Assembly (NCBI GenBank): GCA_003344405.1
Contig: NOWV01000303.1
Span: 1-58,165 of the forward strand
Reading direction: 5' to 3'
Length of the DNA stretch: 58,165 bases
Source: Trichoplax sp. H2
Lineage: Eukaryota
Shown here: piece after piece, positions 49,840 through 58,165 of the stretch
Position numbering within the stretch: position 1 is the stretch's first letter
Layout of the letters: every line of letters starts with the position of its first letter
Notes under the pieces: generated by a model
The model's input: only the letters and a program-made list of their open reading frames with translations
What the model was told of the DNA's origin: nothing
The model's database searches: none
Translations under genes and position numbers: made by a program

Positions 49840-52800
49840 CTATGCTTTATTTTCACAATGTCCCCCATAAAATCCATGCTGGCAGCGACATCTGTAATAA
49901 GCTCCTTGCAGGGGTACACATTTTCCACCATTCTTGCACGGCTTTGTTTGACAAACTCCTTTATCGCAGATACATAGAGGAAACAGGACGGTTAGTGAAG
50001 TAAAAGTTAGAAGATATCACTGGAATAAATTAGAATGATAATGGCATTAATTAAACCTGGAAAGCTTCCAAACCGATTTAATTCTTTATTACCTCATTAA
50101 TGATACTTTAAAACTTTTTCGATAGATAGTGAATAAAATGATACTGAAGATCTTTAGCTATATAAAAATATCAAAGATCTACACCGTACTATCTCGATAT
50201 TAAAGTATTTATTATTTTAAGACATTGTCAAAAGCGAAAACTGACGATCCTCCACTCAGATAAATGGTACAACATTTAAAATTAAAAACTTCTTGTCACA
50301 TATAGTAATAGTTTGGTAAGAAGCGTATCTTATTTAATTTAAAAAAATTTCTCTATTAAAGCCTTCAAGATTATATCATCTGTAGGATGATTCCATATAA
50401 ACTAACTATATTCACAATGGCTTCCATAGAATCCAGACTGGCAGCGACATTTATAATATGCTCCACCTGCAGGCTCGCAAGCTCCACTATTTTCGCAAGG
50501 ATTTGTTTGGCAAACCCCTTCATTAAAATTAGATATATAAAATGTTATAATTGGCAAAGTTGTAAGACTATTCTTCAAAGTATTATAAGGGTACCAAAGG
50601 TGTGCTATGGTTTGCCTTATAGTTTTATGATCTTTACCATTCGTCAAGTTCATGAAAGTAGTTATAGTTTTGTAAATCATGAAATGATGACGATATGAAC
50701 ATCATTGAAACATACATTAAACATGCCTACGATTAAGATTCTATGAAGTTAAGATAAGATGCTAAATCTAGGCGCATTATAGAAATAGTTAGTGCTCCAC
50801 TTTCATACTCTTGATTTATTTAATATTTCGTAATAGTATATGAAGTGAAAACTGTCATTGTTCGCTTTTAATTAGCTATATCGTGAGTTAAATCAAAGTC
50901 TTAAGGGTATATATGTATATTGCAATGGTAGTATCGATGAATGCTGCTAATCTAAATTGATGTATGAACGAACTTTTTCATGTAATATTTTTCTAGATAA
51001 TCACTTAAAAGAATAATTACGGATAAACTAACTATAATCGCAAAAGCTCCCATAAAATCCGGACTGGCAGCGACATCTATAAGAAGTTCCACCCGCAGGT
51101 TGGCAAACTCCGTTATTCTTGCATGGATTTGTCTGACAAACTCCTTTATTTGAAATGTAAAAAATTAAATGCTATAGTCAGTAAATTTACAGGGCAATAC
51201 AATTTATGAGTTTAATGACTCTCAATAAGCAAATGGAAGATTATTGCTATTTCTAAAATATTCGATAAATGCCTATAGCAACCGTTTACTAACTCATCAA
51301 GGTACTATATTTGTCATATAATCTGCTATTTTTCTAATAAAAGTTGAATTTAAGCTGGTAGCGATAGTATAATAAATCATATATCGATAATGATATGTAT
51401 ATTATTTATTCATCAATTTAGTCAATAAGTAACAAAGATTTCTTTTCAACCCTTGCATTTTGATTTGTTACAAATTATATGATATTTGAGATGAAAACAG
51501 ACAATACGTGTATACTTTTCAGATCAATTACTGTGCACTATGTGTCCAACCCAAATATCGGCACAATATGAGGCAAAAGCTATGCTTTAGATATATCGTA
51601 AATTGAATCTAAATCGCTATAGAATTAATTTTTCACTTGATAATTCGAGATTATATCACATTATTGTTTATTGTACATTTACGTAAACTAACTATTTTCA
51701 CAATGGATTCCATAAAATCCAGACTGGCAGTGGCATCTGTAAGAAGCTCCTTGCAAAGGCTCGCATCTTCCTTTGTTTTGGCAATCATTTGGTACGCAAA
51801 TTTCTGCGTTCAAATTATTTAATATTAGGCAACATTGTCAGCAAAGAAAGACAGCAATTACCATTACGAGGTTAATTAATTCTGTTTAATTTTACTGTTA
51901 ATAATTAGCTGTCGCCATTTAAAAATATCTGATCATAGCTTATAGTTGTTATAATTTAAGAAGTTAAATTTCTTGAGATTATATCATCCATTACAATATT
52001 TACGTATGTGAACTAACCTTTTTCACAATGGCCTCCATAGAATCCATCTTGGCAGCGGCAACTATAATAGCTTCCATGTCTGGGTTCGCATGTCCCGTTA
52101 TTCTGGCAACGATTTACTTGGCAAACTCCTTCATTTGTTACGGGCAGTTAAAAATCGATATTGATATACCGCCAGTATTAATTTTTGTCTACATAACTAC
52201 ACACATATATGTAAAACATTATACTCCTAAACTTTAGAAATACTAGTATGAGCTTGATTAATGTATTGGTTAGTAATTAAACAAATAATATTTTCTATTC
52301 TAAAATATTTGATCTTGGCTTATTGCTATTAAGGTTTAGTAGCTAAATTTTCAAGATCGCACCATTTAGATATTTATGTACGTGAACTAACTTTTATCAC
52401 AGTATTTTCCATAGAATCCGTCCGGGCAGCGACATCTGTAATAAGATCCCTGCAACGGTTCGCATCTTCCATTATTTTGGCATTTATTCTTTTCGCAAAT
52501 TGCTTCATTAAAATATATAAACAGAAATCATTATAGCTAGTTAACTTAGGAATATTAGTATGAGCTTGATTAATGCATTGGTATGCAATTTGATAATAAA
52601 CATCTCTGCTCTAAAATGTTTCGTCACGGTTTATAGCTGTTATGATTTATTAAGTTAAATTTTTCGAGATCGAATCAATGAATACGATATACTGTATATA
52701 TTCGTATACGGAAACTAACTCTTTTCACAATGACTTCCAAAGAATCCAGACTTGCAGCGACATTTATAATAATTTCCACCTACAGGTTCGCATGTTCCGT

Positions 52801-55800
52801 TGTTCAGGCAACGGTTTACTTGGCAAACTCCTTCATTAATAAGCATACACATGAAATTTTACAGTCAACAAGAGACCAGTGCCGGTATTATCTTCATCAA
52901 TTTGTTAATAAAAACTGAATGATGTACTATAATGTTCACTCTGTATTGAAATGATTGATTATTTATTGTTACAATTATGATTCCTTGATAAGCTATCTTT
53001 CGAAATTTTGTTATCTAATACTGCATTTACGGAGAAACTAACTATATTCGCAATGTCCTCCATAGAATCCAGATTTACAGCGACATCTATAACGAGATCC
53101 GTATACGGGTTCGCATGTTCCATTATTCTCACACTCGTTAGTATCGCAAACTCCTTCATTAAAGATAGACAGATAGGTTATTAAAATTATTTCTCAAATC
53201 TAAATTCTTTAAATAACGAGTAAATTGAATACTTTGTCAGCATTTTAGAGCTGATAAATCTCATTATTCTTAATGGAATGTCTAAATTCATTTAAAGTTT
53301 AATATCTGTATACTTATTTTGGTATAATAAAAGTTAGTGACAAATGAACAGCAAACCGTATTGGCAAAAGCCGCCATAATATCCATCTGTGCAGTTGCAT
53401 TTATATCCCCAATTGACCGAAACACAACGTCCATTCTCACATTGATTCTTGGAACAGTGATCTAAAATACGCAGCGATTAGTCATAATGTCAATAGAAAT
53501 TATTTGATTTTCCTAAACTGCAAACAGAGATCGTTCCATGTTGCTAAAAGCCTATAAAAGATCGTCGATTTACCTAATTCACAGTAGTTGCCATAATATC
53601 CTTCTTTGCACTTGCACGTGTAACCATCTTTACTCGCAATGCAAAGTCCATTCAAACATTTGTTATTAGAGCAACGATCTGAAGATTCTGATAAAATGCG
53701 AGTAGAAATATTATCTGATTATTCTGAATAGTACATCAATGAGATAATAGTTTGGCTGTTTTACTTGTACTAACAATTGCGTATTTTTTTATTTCAAACC
53801 ATATGTGGTTATGTGCGTGTTATTAAAGTAGTGGCAGAACATTTAAATAAATAGTATTTGCATCATCGAGGATTATGTACTAAATTTAAATCAGTCCAGT
53901 TCTCTTTTAATTAAGCATTTTAAAATCTATCGGCAAAAGCTAGTGTACCCTCTTGGCAGTATCGACCAGAGTATCCTTCATTACATTTACACGTATAGCC
54001 ATTTTCATTTGCAATGCAAACCCCATGCGAGCATTGGCTATTAATACATTGATCTAAAACTAAAGTAAATTGAAGGAAAGTATTAATAATTTTAAATTTA
54101 AGCGTTATTACGATAATAAAGGGAATAGTCTAACATGATGGTTCAAAAATTAGAAATATTAGATTTTATTTAATTGTATAGCGCTTTCAATCTTGCAGAT
54201 AAAGATTCGAGATTTGTATTAATACCGGTATCGGTTTTAAATTCCATTAATTTAAAAGTAATATAATATTTAATCATCTTTATAAGTTAATGACCAAGTG
54301 TTGATACTGAAGATACTGTTACTGACAAATGGTTTTATTTAATAATAGAATGTCTACGAAATTTACCTGGCTGTAATGTATAAGAAATATAAGATAAATT
54401 CTTTTAAGCAGTAACTCTTAATTCATATACCTCTAAAAGACTAATACAAATTAGCTCTGTTCAGCTTCTAGTTACTCTTACCTCCTTCGATTTTACTGCA
54501 ATAATTTAAGTAGCATGCCGATAGACGATCGATGTTGTACGAAATAGAGTTAGAGCAGCTTCTAATTCTAGTCGATACCTCAAATGAACAGTGTTGAAGC
54601 CCAAAATGGAAGCATAGCCTTCCTATTTTATAATTGTCCTTACCTAAGCAGAAATAAATTTGATTACAATATGCAATCAAATCAGAAAACGTTGCGATAA
54701 GAAATGTTTTGTTAAAACATGAACAATTCCTCTTGCATTTTGTATTTGTTCCTTAATTTTTAGATCAATCTTGCAACTCTGAAGTACATCTACGACATAA
54801 ATTTTTCTAAAACTCTACCATTGATATTTTAATTAAAGCTTAGTTAACTACTATTGACAAATAACTTACTGTTTTGGGTAACATTAATCCATTTGGCAAG
54901 TGCAGAACAATTAGGACGAACATTACCTTGATACCAGTTGGTCGAATTAGGACTTAAACCAGATACAGATTCACAATATCTTTGTATTCTATTAAGTCTA
55001 TTATAATCAGGTCTAGTTGTCAAACTATCCCTAAACCTAATTCCACCATTAGCACATGGATCTGTTTATCACAATTGTTAGCAAAGTGTTAACAGCCAGT
55101 TGTTGGGGTTCAATGCCGAAATAAATATTGCCGAGGAACCGTATATTTCGTATCAAAACAAATGAAAATAGAAATATCATAAATAGTTGGATCTTCAAGT
55201 CTTGTTGATATTAATTACATTATTTAGTATACAGTACCTGAACATGTACGATTGTTACTATCAAGATCTTGGCCAGCTGGACAAGTACAATAATATCCGT
55301 GGGGAACATTATGGCAAGTACCTTGACATCCACCATTATTACGCCAGCATTCATTAATATCTAGTTTAGGATTAGAAAAATCATCGTATTTTAGTGATTA
55401 TGCAAAAATGGATATATGCATACCGTACTTAGTATTCAGTGTGTAAGTGTAGGATATTGTTTAGAACGTAAAACTTTTAACCAGTTTTTGACATATTTAG
55501 CTATAAAAGTGATTTTACAATAAGGAATACCTTTGCAAGACCTATAAGTATCAGAATCGTTTAATTTATGTTATTTCCTAAGTAACTGGCTTTACCTGCG
55601 TCACAGTGACTGCCAGTTATGCCAGGTAGACATTTACATTTATATCCATTCAAACCCTCTATACAGCTTCCCTTAACGCATGGATTAGAAGCACATTCTT
55701 TAATTTCTGAAATAGTAGTCAAATTACCAAGCAATAGGAGTTAATTTATACTATCGGACTATTGTAGCTATACAAGGAAATTTAATTTCTTAGCTGCCTT

Positions 55801-57916
55801 AAAGTCAATTTAAGTTAGTGCAAAGAAATAAATTATATTTATCCCGGACAGTAGATATTTTACTCTGAATGATATTTCTTATGCTTTTGTAAGTATGAAT
55901 TACGATTTTACCTTGATGGCAGTAAGTTCCTTCAAATCCTGCTCTGCACCGACAGTAAAATCCAGTCGAATTTGTTTGACAATTACCATTAAAGCAGGGA
56001 TTGGGTTGACAATAATCTGTATACAATAGAGATTACAAGTTGTAGTCTACATACTATCACTGTATTGCCTACATAAAACTACTGTAATTAGCTCAAATCG
56101 CTACACAGGTTAATTGCATTAATAAACGTTTAATATCATTTGTAATGCAATCTTTTATAATTGTCAAATAGAGCTGAAAATAGTGCAATGCAAAAAAGAA
56201 TATCGAAAGTGACTAAAATTACTGTCTTTTTAAGTATCTAACTTCTATCATAGTAGTAGTTAACTTCGCTGAACAGATTAAAAAAATTGCCATAACATAT
56301 TGCTTAAATTAAAAGAATATGTAAAAGGATTAATTATCACTATCTCTGTCATTTGAATGGATTTCAGTGCGAACAATTAGCTTAATTGAGGTAGACGAGA
56401 TAAAGATAGCGTTATTTACCATATCGGTCTGAACAGTAGCGAAGATGGCATCCCGGCGGTGGAGGTAATTGATAAACGTAATAACTACCACAATTTTTGA
56501 TCTGAACAGTATTCTTCCAACGGCAAAAATTTGAACGCAATGAGAAACAAACTGTACCATTAATGACACCTTGACGAACTGAAAAAAATAATATAGATAG
56601 TAACATTATTATCAATTCTTGAAGCAAGAGATAGAGAACTTACATAGCTACCAAGCTGTCTAGAATTGAAAAGTCTTAGATCTTAACTTTGAGTATAGCT
56701 ACAGTATTAACATCGCACTACAAACAGATCGAGTAATCGCTTGTTTTAATATTTTATCAATATTATAAGTGTAAGTATGTAGATTGATTAATGCAAACAT
56801 TATATTGTGTTTATTAACTATATTATTATTATTTCGTGAGGGAAACGGCTTCTCAATATCAGCTAGTGCAATCGATTTTTTTACTAAATATTGCAAAGAT
56901 GATGGTAATGTAAGGGTACTAAAAATGAACCATTTATGTGATGAACTGTAAAATAATTGCCAAAGATTTTTCTCTAGTGTAATGTATTGAAGAGACTACA
57001 TTGCGAAGGAATTTATCAATCAGGAAGCTCGAATATTAGATGTGTAGGATAAGTTTACAGAATTGTGTAAAGTATACCCAGCTACTGTTTTATATTACTG
57101 CACGTTAACATGTTTCAGTAAGAGGAGATTGCTAGTCAATCTGAGCTACCGTACAATTAAATTTAATCAATAACAGCATACTAGGTCTATTTCCTACGAC
57201 TGATTTTAAATTGAGTAAATTGCCTAATATGAAGTTCTACCTGTAGGATGAGGTGTTACTAGCCATCCAGGAGCATTGGTTCCACATTGATTCATCATAA
57301 CTTGTCTGGTAAGCATCATTTGACTATTTTTACCTCCATTAAATCGATACCAAGTGAAATTCTGTTTTATTATTTCATAATCACACAGGCTGAGTGTGTA
57401 ACCTGAATATTTAATGCTTCTTGTTGTGTCTTTAATATCTCTGTAGGACATACATGGATCTAAAAATGTACAAGAATAGATGGAACGATTAAAAATCCGA
57501 TATTTTCCACAATAAAGTTATTCGAGATAACAATGCAGATGCTACCTATGCAGGTTAGACCATCTGGCAGTAATATACGTCCTTTCTCACAAGAGCATTG
57601 GTAGCTACCGGGTGTATTAATGCAAATACCGGGACATCTTGAAATTCTCAGGTTGCATTCATCAATGTCTACTCAAAAATAATGAAATCGCTGCATTTTA
57701 ATCTAATCATTTCGTAAACAGTATATCAGTGCAAGATAACAGCATCCATAATAAACTATTGCTAGAAATCGGTGTGTAGATGTGTTCATTTTAACAATCA
57801 TATACCTTGATCACAGTTACGTCCTGTATATCCTTTCTTACATAAACATTGATAGCTCAAGCCGCGAGCTCGACAAAATCCATTGCGACATGGATTACTT
57901 TGGCATGGATTAATCG
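49840..57916 (-). CDS. Gene D (5' end outside window): EGF (>=16) / D8C (2) paralog
   Basis: Exons: EGF 57806-57916, 57546-57668; D8C 57241-57459 + 56420-56578; EGF 55912-56016, 55596-55706, 55238-55360; divergent D8C 54870-55061 + 54482-54643; EGF 53949-54053, 53574-53678, 53357-53461, 53043-53153, 52720-52830, 52392-52502, 52018-52128, 51693-51803, 51033-51143, 50407-50517; last 49840-49958 (...YGGHCENKA*). The core has the same exon order and sizes as gene C (111,123,219,159,105,111,123,192,162). Confidence 0.87.
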
Positions 57917-58165
57917 CTAGAATAAGTTATTAAATTAAGTCAAATTTCAGTCATTCTGTAACTATTTTCGTATGGTTATTTATTCTGTTCTTTTAAAACT
58001 AGGATAAAGGTGTATTGCATTTGTAATTAATAACATCACTGTAATTACGGTATAGAACTCGTTTTACGTTAAATTTTACATATTGGAAACCACTTTATCT
58101 ATAGAATAAACGTTACAGAAACTTATAGCGGTAAACAAGTTTGCGAACATTAGAATATTATCTTC

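Noticed and set aside
357..57451. ORF-track entries as standalone genes
   Set aside because: Minus-strand ORFs are mostly single exons with intronic read-through or off-frame shadows; most plus-strand ORFs (e.g. 8731, 11377, 42038, 50387, 52028) are antisense shadows of those exons.
1..57916. Notch, Delta/Jagged, Crumbs or fibropellin assignment
   Set aside because: No LNR, DSL, LamG, CUB, avidin, transmembrane or ankyrin sequence is visible, and most EGFs lack the Ca-binding consensus.
1..57916. One giant gene spanning the window
   Set aside because: Three separate ATG/signal-peptide exon pairs and three in-frame stop exons delimit four units.

Overview
AT-rich eukaryotic (animal) genomic DNA with short GT-AG introns; the compact style suggests an early-branching metazoan such as a placozoan, but that is inference only. 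The window holds a head-to-tail cluster of four paralogous multi-exon genes, all on the minus strand: A (<1-13387), B (16246-28105), C (32368-45024) and D (49840->58165). Each encodes a predicted secreted mosaic protein: split signal peptide (seen in A-C), EGF x3, a uromodulin/GP2/OIT3-type D8C domain, EGF x2-3, a strongly divergent D8C-like domain, then a long EGF array. Almost every EGF is one phase-1 exon of 105-123 nt. No ZP, transmembrane or Notch intracellular domain is visible. B and C end in a short Trp/Cys-rich motif I do not recognise; D ends where a splice donor appears to have been lost; A has an extra N-terminal D8C. The cluster shows exon birth and death: a dead EGF exon, exon+intron tandem duplications, a GC donor, and an inverted decayed copy of A's first D8C exon pair interrupted by a solo LTR. 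A foldback MITE lies in an intron of C. Exon models were read by hand from splice signals and paralog comparison, without transcript evidence.
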